DNA of 64,000 nt, taken from positions 3,176 to 67,175 of the forward strand of contig JAMPAB010000003.1 of the NCBI GenBank assembly GCA_023667435.1. Reading direction: 5' to 3'. The stretch's first letter is position 1, and every line of letters starts with the position of its first letter. The position numbers and the translations under genes were made by a program. Below, piece after piece: positions 9,795 through 17,711 of this stretch. The stretch comes from Corallococcus sp. Its GTDB lineage: Bacteria > Bacillota > Clostridia > Christensenellales > CAG-314. The notes under the pieces were generated by a model that saw only the letters and a list, made by a program, of their open reading frames with translations, was not told the origin of the DNA and did not search any database.

Positions 9795-11138
9795 CTACCT
9801 CATATAGCTTGCCTTAGACGACTTGCCGTCTTTGTCGCCTTTGGCAATATTTTTCTCTACTAATTTCTCTACCGGCCAACGCAATGCAACTGTGGAAAGA
9901 ATACTGATCAGATAGTTTACCACCATGTAAATTGCAAACGCGCCCGTATAAATAAATCCGAAATACGCCATCATCAACGGCATAAGTATCATCATTGTTT
10001 TGTTCGTCGCTTGCTGTTGTTGATTCTGCTGTATCGCTTCGCCGTTTTTGTTCTTTTTTTCCATAAGCTGCGAAATAAACATAGACAAGAAAGATAAACC
10101 TATCGAAAGAATGGGCAGAATCATCAGTCCGTTCCATTTGCCCGCGTCTCCGCGCACGCCCGATTCGAGAATAGCTTGTCTTATCGTATTATACGTACTC
10201 TTTCCCATATCCGCAGGGTATCCCGACATATCGATAGAGGCGGTAAAGCTGTTTGCTCCGCTGTCGTACTCCGGCATAATCGAATCCCACGTGTCGGGTT
10301 GCCAAACGTTTTGTATCCACAGCCAGCTTTCGCGGATACCTTCTATTTGCGTACCGTCCTCGTTTACTCCGCCCGTATAGGCGATTTTTATTGCGTTAAA
10401 CGCAACGCTTTCCGCCTGTTCGCAAGCGGCGGTATCGGCGTTAATCGCCGCGCTTATTCCGCTGATTTTTGCATAAAGGTCGCAGTAATCTTTATCCTTG
10501 TCGCTTACAACCGCGTCGCCTTCGAGCTTCACTTCATATTCTCCGTACTTCGCCTGATACGCTTCGTCGTACTTAACTTTATAAGCCGACCACACGTCGC
10601 CGCCCTGCTTTTGAAGTTCCGCAGCGTAAGTGTCGTAATATTCGTTAGACAAAACTTGGAAAGTAGTAATCGTGCTGTACGTAGAATAATTACGAAGACC
10701 TGCAAACATTACGAAGAAAACGACCATAGAAATTATCATCGGCAAGCAAGTAGAAACCATCGAATAACCTTGCTTTTTGTATAATTTTTGTTTTTCTTCG
10801 TTAGCGCGCTGCGTATTAGCTCCGTAGCGCTTGTCTATGCTCTCGATAAGCGGTTGGATTTTTTGCATTTTTACGCTGCTTTTCTTCGTCGAATAACGTT
10901 GCCAAAAATCCAACGGCAGCATTATCAACTTAAGAAAAACGGTAAAAACAACAACCGTCCAGCCGTAATTCTTTATCCATCCCTGATGCATCAATTTAAC
11001 GAGTTTTCCGATAAGACCCAGATTGTCGTCGGAGTAATCGAAAAAATTGATCTTGTTGTTGGCGCAACTTACGAATAACGCAAGACAGAACGCAAACACA
11101 ATTATCATTATAAGGATAGAGCGCGTTTTTTTGTTCAT
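9795..11138 (-). CDS. yidC: Membrane protein insertase YidC/SpoIIIJ (long form)
   Basis: Multi-TM ORF in yidD-yidC-jag synteny. Start placed at MNKKTRS..LFVSC (lipoprotein-like signal), preceded by AGGAGA. Confidence 0.8.
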   Translation of the reverse strand: MNKKTRSILIMIIVFAFCLALFVSCANNKINFFDYSDDNLGLIGKLVKLMHQGWIKNYGWTVVVFTVFLKLIMLPLDFWQRYSTKKSSVKMQKIQPLIESIDKRYGANTQRANEEKQKLYKKQGYSMVSTCLPMIISMVVFFVMFAGLRNYSTYSTITTFQVLSNEYYDTYAAELQKQGGDVWSAYKVKYDEAYQAKYGEYEVKLEGDAVVSDKDKDYCDLYAKISGISAAINADTAACEQAESVAFNAIKIAYTGGVNEDGTQIEGIRESWLWIQNVWQPDTWDSIMPEYDSGANSFTASIDMSGYPADMGKSTYNTIRQAILESGVRGDAGKWNGLMILPILSIGLSFLSMFISQLMEKKNKNGEAIQQNQQQQATNKTMMILMPLMMAYFGFIYTGAFAIYMVVNYLISILSTVALRWPVEKLVEKNIAKGDKDGKSSKASYMR

Positions 11139-11161
11139 TGTTTCTCCTACTAAACCATCTT

Positions 11162-11407
11162 TTATACGTGCCACTTCATCGTCCCTTTAAGGTTGATCGG
11201 CGTCGGATCGAAACCGCCTTTTCCCCACGGCGCGCAACGGGCAAGTCTTTTTAGCGTAAGCCAACTGCCCTTTACGAAACCGAACTTATAATACGCTTCC
11301 ATCGAGTAAACCGAGCAACTGGGAGTATAAATACATCTTTTTCCGCCCTTCCACTTAGACAGCGTAGCTTTGTAGAGTTTAAGCAAAGCGATTGCAAGAT
11401 ATTTCAT
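11162..11407 (-). CDS. yidD: Membrane protein insertion efficiency factor YidD
   Basis: 81-aa ORF with the CIYTPSCSVY and RCAPW..GGFDP motifs. Confidence 0.85.
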   Translation of the reverse strand: MKYLAIALLKLYKATLSKWKGGKRCIYTPSCSVYSMEAYYKFGFVKGSWLTLKRLARCAPWGKGGFDPTPINLKGTMKWHV

Positions 11408-11736
11408 TTAAGTAATCCCGACCGCGTCAGCAACGCGTTTACGCTTTGAATAATATCGGAAAACAAATAATCCTCGTTTTTTCTCGGAATAAAAATCATA
11501 TTATATCCGATCGATACGTCGGGCATAAATTGCGATACGGCAGCTTTCATTTGCCTGCGTATTCTGTTGCGACGAACGGCATTTCCGAACTTCTTATTTA
11601 CGGAAAATCCGACCTTAGACTGTTTATTGTTACTTTTACAGTACAGTAAAACAAGATTTCTGTCGGCAACGCTCTGAGCGTGCTTGTACACGTAATTGTA
11701 TTGATAGTTCTTTTTAAGTCTGTATATAGACTTCAA
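11404..11736 (-). CDS. rnpA: RNase P protein component
   Basis: 110-aa basic ORF (NAVRRNRIRRQMK), downstream of rpmH and overlapping the yidD start. Confidence 0.85.
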   Translation of the reverse strand: MKSIYRLKKNYQYNYVYKHAQSVADRNLVLLYCKSNNKQSKVGFSVNKKFGNAVRRNRIRRQMKAAVSQFMPDVSIGYNMIFIPRKNEDYLFSDIIQSVNALLTRSGLLK

Positions 11737-11752
11737 AGCGATTCACTCCGAA

Positions 11753-11887
11753 TTATGCGGAAAGAGAATGACGGCCCTTGTTTCTTCTTCTGGCAAGCGT
11801 TCTGCGGCCGCCCGTCGTCTTCATTCTTGCTCTGAATCCGTGCACTTTGCTTCTTTGTCTTTTTTTGGGTTGGTAAGTTCTTTTCAT
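11753..11887 (-). CDS. rpmH: 50S ribosomal protein L34
   Basis: [22 protein letters not shown].. (44 aa), with AAGGAG upstream. The longer 81-aa ORF in the track is an upstream extension. Confidence 0.95.
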   Translation of the reverse strand: MKRTYQPKKRQRSKVHGFRARMKTTGGRRTLARRRNKGRHSLSA

Positions 11888-12270
11888 TGTTGATTTTCTC
11901 CTTATGCTAACGCGCAACAGCGCGTTTATTTTGTTGATTTCGGCGCATCGAACGAACAATATTTGCCGACACGACCGCATACTACAATATTTTATCAAAA
12001 GAACGCCGCAAAGTCAAGTGTTTACAATTATACCCCCTATGTTTAAATATATCTTAAAATGAGTTTCCTTGTCGGAGAATACGCGCAATTAAAACGGTTT
12101 TTTAATTTGACTTCGCCGTAACGTAAAATCCGACAAAACCGATTATCCGTTATTTAATTAAATACTGCCCTGTTAAAAGTATATCTTAGATACAAATCGC
12201 GTTTGAACGCCTAACTGTGCATCAACGCAGCCGGCAAAATTTTGACGGCGTTACGCGCGCGATTTGGATA

Positions 12271-12299
12271 TTGACAATTTAAAAGTTTGATTATATAAT
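12271..12299 (+). promoter_or_regulatory. Consensus sigma-70 promoter TTGACA-17-TATAAT
   Basis: TTGACA at 12271-12276, exact 17-nt spacer, TATAAT at 12294-12299. It points toward the modules and deoD, about 460 nt upstream of the deoD ATG. Confidence 0.65.
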
Positions 12300-12403
12300 T
12301 GATTCGGATACAGACTGCTCTCGACAGACTTAAATATTTCGGACAAGTAAATTTTATCGCCGTTTGCAGTATCTGTCATTCGATAATAGCATAAAAACAA
12401 TAA

Positions 12404-12509
12404 TTAACGACGTTTAATTACCATTAACTGCCGTTAACTACTTGCTATTACATCGTACACGCAATAGAGCAATTGTTATTGAAATATTCCGTTCGTGTAC
12501 GATATAATA
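12404..12509 (+). repeat. Module A1: four 10-bp-phased TTAAC/TTAAT hexamers plus hairpin
   Basis: Hexamers start at 12404, 12414, 12424 and 12434. Arms ATCGTACACG (12452-61) and CGTGTACGAT (12494-503), 32-nt loop, tail ATAATA. Confidence 0.7.
12479..12508 (+). promoter_or_regulatory. Promoter-like TTGAAA-18-TATAAT embedded in the A1 hairpin
   Basis: TTGAAA at 12479-84 and TATAAT at 12503-08. A predicted start would lie just upstream of the A2 TAACGACGT. Confidence 0.45.
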
Positions 12510-12523
12510 CAATACAACGACTA

Positions 12524-12629
12524 TTAACGACGTCTAACTACGTCTATCTGCTGCTAACTACTATTATACAACACATCACGTTGATAATAATATTTTGCAA
12601 TAAATGTTGCTCGTGTGTGTTATATAATA
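12524..12629 (+). repeat. Module A2: five 10-bp-phased YTAAC-like hexamers plus hairpin
   Basis: Hexamers at 12524, 12534, 12544, 12554 and 12564. Arms TATTATACAACACATCACG (12562-80) and CGTGTGTGTTATATAATA (12612-29), with a 31-nt loop. Offset from A1 is exactly 120 bp. Confidence 0.7.
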
Positions 12630-12735
12630 TAAACAAAAAACATTCGATTTACAATCAACAGAAATATCCATCGAATGGGAGTTATTATAAGTCAAAGTCA
12701 AAGTCAAATAAATATCATTCGATGATATAATATAA
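12620..12735. repeat. IR-bounded cassette, orientation 1 (upstream of deoD)
   Basis: Bounded by TTATATAATAT (12620-30) and ATATAATATAA (12725-35). Contains CATTCGAT(G) sites at 12641(+), 12669(-) and 12716(+), plus (GTCAAA)x3 at 12691-12708. Confidence 0.55.
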
Positions 12736-12761
12736 TTAAATTCAATAAAGGAGAAATTTTT

Positions 12762-13466
12762 ATGCCGATTCCTACTCCGCACATTTCTGCAAAAAAAGGC
12801 GACTTCGCCGAAACCGTTCTTATGCCGGGAGATCCTCTCCGCGCAAAATACATAGCGGAACATTACCTTACAAACCCCGTGCTGGTCAACAACGTACGCG
12901 GAGTACACGGGTACACGGGTACGTACAAAGGCAAGCGCGTTTCCGTTATGGCGAGCGGAATGGGTATTCCTTCCATAGGTATTTACAGTTACGAATTGTA
13001 TAACTTCTACGACGTAGAAAATATAATTAGAATAGGTTCGGCAGGCGCTATGCAGCCGTACGTAAAACTCAGAAGTCTTGTTTTCGGACAAGGTGCCTGC
13101 ACTAACAGCAACTACGCAGACCAGTTCGGAATGCCGGGAACGTTGGCTCCCATTGCCAGTTACGAATTGCTGGAAAAAGCGGTTGCGGTTGCCAAACAAA
13201 AAGGATTGGATTATACCGTAGGCAACATTCTGTCTTCCGATACTTTTTACGACGACGGAGCAGGTTCGGCGGTATGGAACAAAATGGGCGTACTTGCGGT
13301 AGAAATGGAGAGCGCGGCGCTCTATCTCAACGCGTCGCGAGTCGGCAAAAAGGCGCTGTGCATTTGCACGATTTCCGACCACCTTCTAACGGGCGAAGAA
13401 CTCTCTTCGGAGGAACGCCAAAACTCTTTCCACGAAATGATGGAACTCGCGTTGGAAATTGCGTAA
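12762..13466 (+). CDS. deoD: Purine nucleoside phosphorylase DeoD type
   Basis: 234-aa ORF: MPIPTPHISAKKGDFAETVLMPGDPLRAKYIAE.., ..AVEMESAALY... AAGGAG is upstream. Confidence 0.9.
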   Translation: MPIPTPHISAKKGDFAETVLMPGDPLRAKYIAEHYLTNPVLVNNVRGVHGYTGTYKGKRVSVMASGMGIPSIGIYSYELYNFYDVENIIRIGSAGAMQPYVKLRSLVFGQGACTNSNYADQFGMPGTLAPIASYELLEKAVAVAKQKGLDYTVGNILSSDTFYDDGAGSAVWNKMGVLAVEMESAALYLNASRVGKKALCICTISDHLLTGEELSSEERQNSFHEMMELALEIA

Positions 13467-13548
13467 ACTCCAAAGTTTGCAATCGAACGTTTAGTCGCGA
13501 CAAAACCCGTTCCGTAATAAGTTAATTTAAACTTCCGTTATACAGAAT

Positions 13549-13585
13549 ACAACAACAGACCGCCGTTTCTCGGCGGTCTGTTGTT
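13549..13585 (+). terminator. Long perfect hairpin after deoD (terminator-like)
   Basis: 16-bp perfect stem CAACAACAGACCGCCG / CGGCGGTCTGTTGTTG with a 5-nt loop. The T-tract is weak (TTGTAAAA). Confidence 0.55.
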
Positions 13586-13615
13586 GTTGTAAAATAATAC
13601 TTGTTGTTTTCAATC

Positions 13616-13650
13616 GTACAAGTAACGCGTTTTAACGCGGTTACCTGTAC
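13616..13650. repeat. 35-nt palindromic intergenic element, copy 2
   Basis: GTACAAGTAACGCGTTTTAACGCGGTTACCTGTAC, between convergent deoD and pepV. Confidence 0.65.
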
Positions 13651-13655
13651 GTTAA

Positions 13656-14987
13656 CTATTTTGCGAGCCGATAGATTGCTTCCATATATAATTCCGTCAT
13701 GAGTTTAAGATTGTTTAAATCGATACACTCGTTCGGCATATGAATGGTCTGCTCCTCATTCGGAAAAAGGGGGCCGAACGCGACGCAGTTGGACAGACAC
13801 CTGCTGTAAGTGCCTCCGCCTATAGCGATAGGTTCGACGTTGACGTTCATCAGCGAATTGTAAACTTGCATAAGGGTCGTTACAAGCTCGCTGTCGGCAG
13901 GTACGTATAAAGGATTGCTTATGTGCCAAGAATTAAAACTGAATTCGGCAGGGATATGCTCGCGTAAAAGCTTCGTCATGTAATCGCAATCGTACGAAAC
14001 GGGGAATCGTATATCCACCGTCGCAGTAAGCGTTCCGTCGTCGGCAGTGCGTAATACGCCCAAATTGCAGGTAAGATTTCCGCTTTGTTCGTCACTGAGC
14101 GCAATGCCCCAGCTTTTGCCTGTGGAATCGCACAGACACTCCGCCAAAAACCGCAGCGCTTTGCACTCGGGATAAATATCCGCAAGCAAACGTAATACGG
14201 GGTAAGTAGCGTTAATTCCTTCGTCGGGCGTGCTTGCGTGAGCGGCCTTGCCCGTCGCCGTTATTTCCGTTTGTCCGTTTGCAGTAGTCGCAGTCACGTC
14301 TTTTGCGGAAATTTCGACGTTTTTCGCTATAATCGCCTTGCATAACGACGGAACTACGTTAGCTCTGTCGCCTGCCGTAACTGATACGCCTTTTGGCAGC
14401 TTTCCTAAATTTATATCGAAATGATATATTCCCTTTTCTCTGTTTATAACGGGGAAGTCTCCGTCGGGCGAAAACGACACGTCGGGACGGGGCATTGTTT
14501 TAAAGTAATGCTTCACGCAACCCATATCCGTTTCTTCGTCGCAGCCGAATATAAGACGTACCGTTTTCGAGGGAGCAAACCCCGCGTCTTTAAGACACTT
14601 GACGGCAAATAAACAAGCTATCATAGGTCCCTTATCGTCCATCGTTCCGCGTCCGTACATTTTGCCGCAATGAATTTCTCCTCCGTAAGGCGGATACTGC
14701 CATTCGGCAGGATTTGCGGGTACCACGTCGAGGTGTCCAAGTATTCCGACCGTCTCCTTTCCCGTTCCGACAAAGTCAACGTGCCCTGCGTAACCTTCGT
14801 CGTTATATGTAGTCAAACCGAAACTTTCTGCAACGGAAAGTACGTAGTCCAAGCACGCTCTAACCTCTTTGCCGAAAGGAGCGCCTTTTGACGCCTCGCC
14901 TTTTTCCGTTTTGTAAGTTATTACCTTTTGCAGCGTTTCTACAAGGTTATCGAATTGTTCGTTCAATATTATTTTCGCATCTTTCAT
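13656..14987 (-). CDS. pepV: M20-family dipeptidase (PepV/Sapep-like)
   Basis: ORF with GILGHLDVVPA and MDDKGP motifs. Start placed at MKDAKII.., preceded by GTGAGG. Confidence 0.75.
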   Translation of the reverse strand: MKDAKIILNEQFDNLVETLQKVITYKTEKGEASKGAPFGKEVRACLDYVLSVAESFGLTTYNDEGYAGHVDFVGTGKETVGILGHLDVVPANPAEWQYPPYGGEIHCGKMYGRGTMDDKGPMIACLFAVKCLKDAGFAPSKTVRLIFGCDEETDMGCVKHYFKTMPRPDVSFSPDGDFPVINREKGIYHFDINLGKLPKGVSVTAGDRANVVPSLCKAIIAKNVEISAKDVTATTANGQTEITATGKAAHASTPDEGINATYPVLRLLADIYPECKALRFLAECLCDSTGKSWGIALSDEQSGNLTCNLGVLRTADDGTLTATVDIRFPVSYDCDYMTKLLREHIPAEFSFNSWHISNPLYVPADSELVTTLMQVYNSLMNVNVEPIAIGGGTYSRCLSNCVAFGPLFPNEEQTIHMPNECIDLNNLKLMTELYMEAIYRLAK

Positions 14988-15076
14988 AATAAACCTCACT
15001 TTTTGTACTAATAGTATACACAAATTTCGTTTATTGTGCTATTATATTTGTACTAAATTACTAAAAAAGGTTATTT

Positions 15077-15787
15077 ATGGCTGGCGTCAACGACGGACAT
15101 CGAAACAGACTTCGCGAACGAATGATAAACGAAGGTTTAAGCGGATTTCAAGATCACGAGATTTTGGAACTTCTGCTATTTCAATATTTACCCAGACAGG
15201 ATACGAACAAGTTGGCGCATCGGCTTATCGAACGGTTCGGCAGTTTCGGCAACGTTCTCAACGCTTCGCCCGAACAGCTAATGTCGGTACAAGGCGTATC
15301 GAAAGTAACCGCGTGCAACCTTGCCATGCTTAAAGAAGTTTGGCGTCGTTACAAAGCGGAGGAAACGAACAGAATAACGTTAGATAAGCTTACGTCCATA
15401 CTGCAATACTCCCGCGCCTTAGTTGCGGAAAGTTACGTCGAACGTATGGTAGTTGTTTACGTTGACGGAGGTACGAATTTTCTTTTCCGCGAGGAGTTCG
15501 ATTCGTCTGACGCGCAAACGGTCGTTATCGACCCGAAGAAAATCGTATTTTCCGCAGTGCGCGTAAACGCAAGCGGAATAATTTTATTTCACTGTCACAC
15601 GCAAGGAAATTGCAAACCCAGCGCGCAAGACGTATCGTTTACCGAAAGGTTAATCTTTTCGCTTGCGGGATTGGACGTGGTAGTTATGGAACACATTATA
15701 TTCAACGCTCGGGGAGAATATTTCAGTTTTTATCGCGAAGGTTTGATAGACGAAATCGCTTCCAAATTCAAAAAGACTATAAACTAA
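15077..15787 (+). CDS. radC: RadC-family JAB-domain protein
   Basis: 236-aa ORF: HRNRLRERM..., ..ELLLFQYLPRQDTNKLAHRLIERFGS, and a C-terminal HCHTQG (JAMM-like) region. Confidence 0.8.
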   Translation: MAGVNDGHRNRLRERMINEGLSGFQDHEILELLLFQYLPRQDTNKLAHRLIERFGSFGNVLNASPEQLMSVQGVSKVTACNLAMLKEVWRRYKAEETNRITLDKLTSILQYSRALVAESYVERMVVVYVDGGTNFLFREEFDSSDAQTVVIDPKKIVFSAVRVNASGIILFHCHTQGNCKPSAQDVSFTERLIFSLAGLDVVVMEHIIFNARGEYFSFYREGLIDEIASKFKKTIN

Positions 15788-15806
15788 TTGCAAGAGGTCA
15801 ATACAT

Positions 15807-17240
15807 ATGTCTCAATTACGAACAAGATTTGCTCCCAGTCCCACAGGATATTTACACATAGGCGGTTTAAGAACCGCTTTATATTCCTTCTTATACGCAA
15901 GAAAAAACAACGGTAAATTTATTCTGCGTATCGAAGACACCGATCAGGGCAGATACGTTGACGGCGCGGTGGAATTGATTTACCGCACGCTGCGCGATAC
16001 CGGCATAATGTACGACGAAGGTCCCGACGTCGGCGGCGACTACGGCCCGTACATACAAAGCGAACGCAAAAACGAATACTTATATTATGCGCAAAAATTG
16101 GTGGAAAGCGGACATGCGTATTACTGTTTTTGCTCGGAAGAACGTTTAGCGTCTCTCCCCGACATAAACGGCGCAAGACGTTACGACAAACACTGCCTGC
16201 ATTTAGATAAGGAAGAAGTTAAACGGCGCATAGCTAACGGAGAAAAATACGTAATTCGTCAAAATATGCCCACTTCGGGCAACAGCACATATCACGACGT
16301 CGTTTACGGAGACATAACGATAGAAAACAGCGAACTCGAAGATCAAATTCTGATCAAATCGGACGGTATGCCTACGTATAATTTCGCCAACGTAATCGAC
16401 GACCATTTGATGGGAATCAACTGCGTTATGCGCGGAATAGAGTATCTTTCCAGCACGCCCAAGTATAATCTGCTGTACGATGCGTTCGGGTGGGAACGTC
16501 CTACGTATATTCATATGCCCCCGATAATGAAAGACGCGCAGCACAAACTTTCCAAACGAAACGGAGACGCCAGTTACGAAGATTTAATCGGCAAAGGTTA
16601 TCTTAAAGAAGCCATAATAAATTACATTGCTTTGCTCGGTTGGTCTCCGAAAGACGACAGCGAAAAAATGAGTTTCGAAGAACTGCAACAAAAATTCGAC
16701 GTTTCGGGCATCAATAAAAGTCCGTCTATATTCGACCCGATGAAGCTCGCCTGGCTCAATTCGCTGTACATAAAAGAAATGTCTCCCGAAGCGTTTGCCG
16801 ACTACGCGGCTAAATGGCTGGATAAATGCTACTTGAAAAATTTCAACAAACAACTCGTGTGCAAGCTTATTCAAAGCCGTATCGAAACCTTCGCGGAAAT
16901 CGAGGACAAACTGCGCTTCCTTGCGGAATTCGGACCGTTCGATTCGGAACTGTACGTCAATCAAAAGCAGAAAGCGGACGCCGAGTTGGCGCGCAATACG
17001 TTGCCGCTGATAAGCAAGAAGTTTGACGAATTAAAGACGTGGGACAATCAAAGTCTGTTTGACGCGCTTGTAAAACTGTCGGAAGAAAGCGGTTGCAAAA
17101 AAGGCGCGATTTTGTGGATTGCGCGTATCGCATTGACTGGGCTTGCGGTAACTCCGGGAGGAGCAAGCGAGATCGCGGAAATTCTCGGCAAACAAGAGAC
17201 CTTGCGCAGATTACGGTTTTCCGCCGAACAACTTGGTTGA
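15807..17240 (+). CDS. gltX: Glutamate--tRNA ligase
   Basis: 477-aa ORF: RTRFAPSPTGYLHIGGLRTAL (HIGH region) and KLSKRNG (KMSKS). Confidence 0.9.
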   Translation: MSQLRTRFAPSPTGYLHIGGLRTALYSFLYARKNNGKFILRIEDTDQGRYVDGAVELIYRTLRDTGIMYDEGPDVGGDYGPYIQSERKNEYLYYAQKLVESGHAYYCFCSEERLASLPDINGARRYDKHCLHLDKEEVKRRIANGEKYVIRQNMPTSGNSTYHDVVYGDITIENSELEDQILIKSDGMPTYNFANVIDDHLMGINCVMRGIEYLSSTPKYNLLYDAFGWERPTYIHMPPIMKDAQHKLSKRNGDASYEDLIGKGYLKEAIINYIALLGWSPKDDSEKMSFEELQQKFDVSGINKSPSIFDPMKLAWLNSLYIKEMSPEAFADYAAKWLDKCYLKNFNKQLVCKLIQSRIETFAEIEDKLRFLAEFGPFDSELYVNQKQKADAELARNTLPLISKKFDELKTWDNQSLFDALVKLSEESGCKKGAILWIARIALTGLAVTPGGASEIAEILGKQETLRRLRFSAEQLG

Positions 17241-17470
17241 AATATACGTTCAGACAGAATAATCGCCTTCAAACGAACGACTGTTCGTCAAAACCGCCTC
17301 GCACGTACCGCAAATACTATGATTGAGCGATACCGACAGTGAGCGTAAACCACCGTACGTATCAGCGGCTAAACGCAATATAAGTATAGCGCGCTATACC
17401 TTGCAAGCAGGCAAGTGCGCTTTTGCCTTACTTTCCGGTTTCGTTTCTATATAATAAAATACAACAGCTA

Positions 17471-17576
17471 CTAACGACGTTTAACTGATATTAACTACTG
17501 CCAACTGCTATTATACAACACATCACGTTGAATATAGTGTATTGCAGAAAATGTTGCACGTGTGCGTTATATAATA
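17471..17576 (+). repeat. Module B: five 10-bp-phased YTAAC hexamers plus hairpin, upstream of the TIR gene
   Basis: Hexamers at 17471, 17481, 17491, 17501 and 17511. Arms at 17509-27 and 17559-76 are near-identical to A2, with a 31-nt loop. Preceded by TATAATAAAATACAAC, as at the A1/A2 junction. Confidence 0.7.
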
Positions 17577-17676
17577 TCATCGAATGTTAAATTATCAATT
17601 CAAAGTACGAATAACTCACATTCGATGGATATTTCTATTAATTGCAAGTTGATTGTTTTTCGATTATATTATATAG
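17567..17676. repeat. IR-bounded cassette, orientation 2 (inverted relative to 12620-12735)
   Basis: Bounded by TTATATAATAT (17567-77) and ATATTATATAG (17666-76). The reverse complement of 17611-17656 matches 12651-12685 (blocks of 9/9, 18/18 and 7/7 nt) apart from an 11-nt insert. Confidence 0.55.
17642..17670 (+). promoter_or_regulatory. Promoter-like TTGCAA-17-TATATT facing the TIR gene
   Basis: The -35 hexamer (17642-47) lies in the 11-nt insert inside the cassette. The -10 hexamer (17665-70) lies at the right inverted repeat. Confidence 0.45.
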
Positions 17677-17711
17677 CAGAATGGTAAACAGTAATTTCAC
17701 GGAGGATAATT

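Noticed and set aside
12604-12627. A conserved 7-codon micro-ORF in the hairpin right arm (MLLVCVI at 12604; MLHVCVI at 17551).
   Set aside because: There is no SD, and module A1 has ATA in place of ATG at the equivalent position. Conservation is explained by the hairpin arm itself.
12404-12629. The phased repeats interpreted as a CRISPR array or a type III (ToxI-like) antitoxin repeat array.
   Set aside because: The period is only 10 nt and degenerate, with no spacer-like unique segments. No cas, ToxN or AbiE-like gene is adjacent. The same module precedes housekeeping genes.
12576-13382. A 268-aa ORF antisense to deoD. Similar long antisense ORFs occur at 29588-30253 (dnaA), 33756-34502, 36315-37217, 54504-55253, 24493-25005 and 25096-25713.
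   Set aside because: Each fully overlaps a gene with strong family motifs on the other strand. Their translations are low-complexity (R/F/V/C-rich) with no motifs or RBS. They are typical shadow ORFs.
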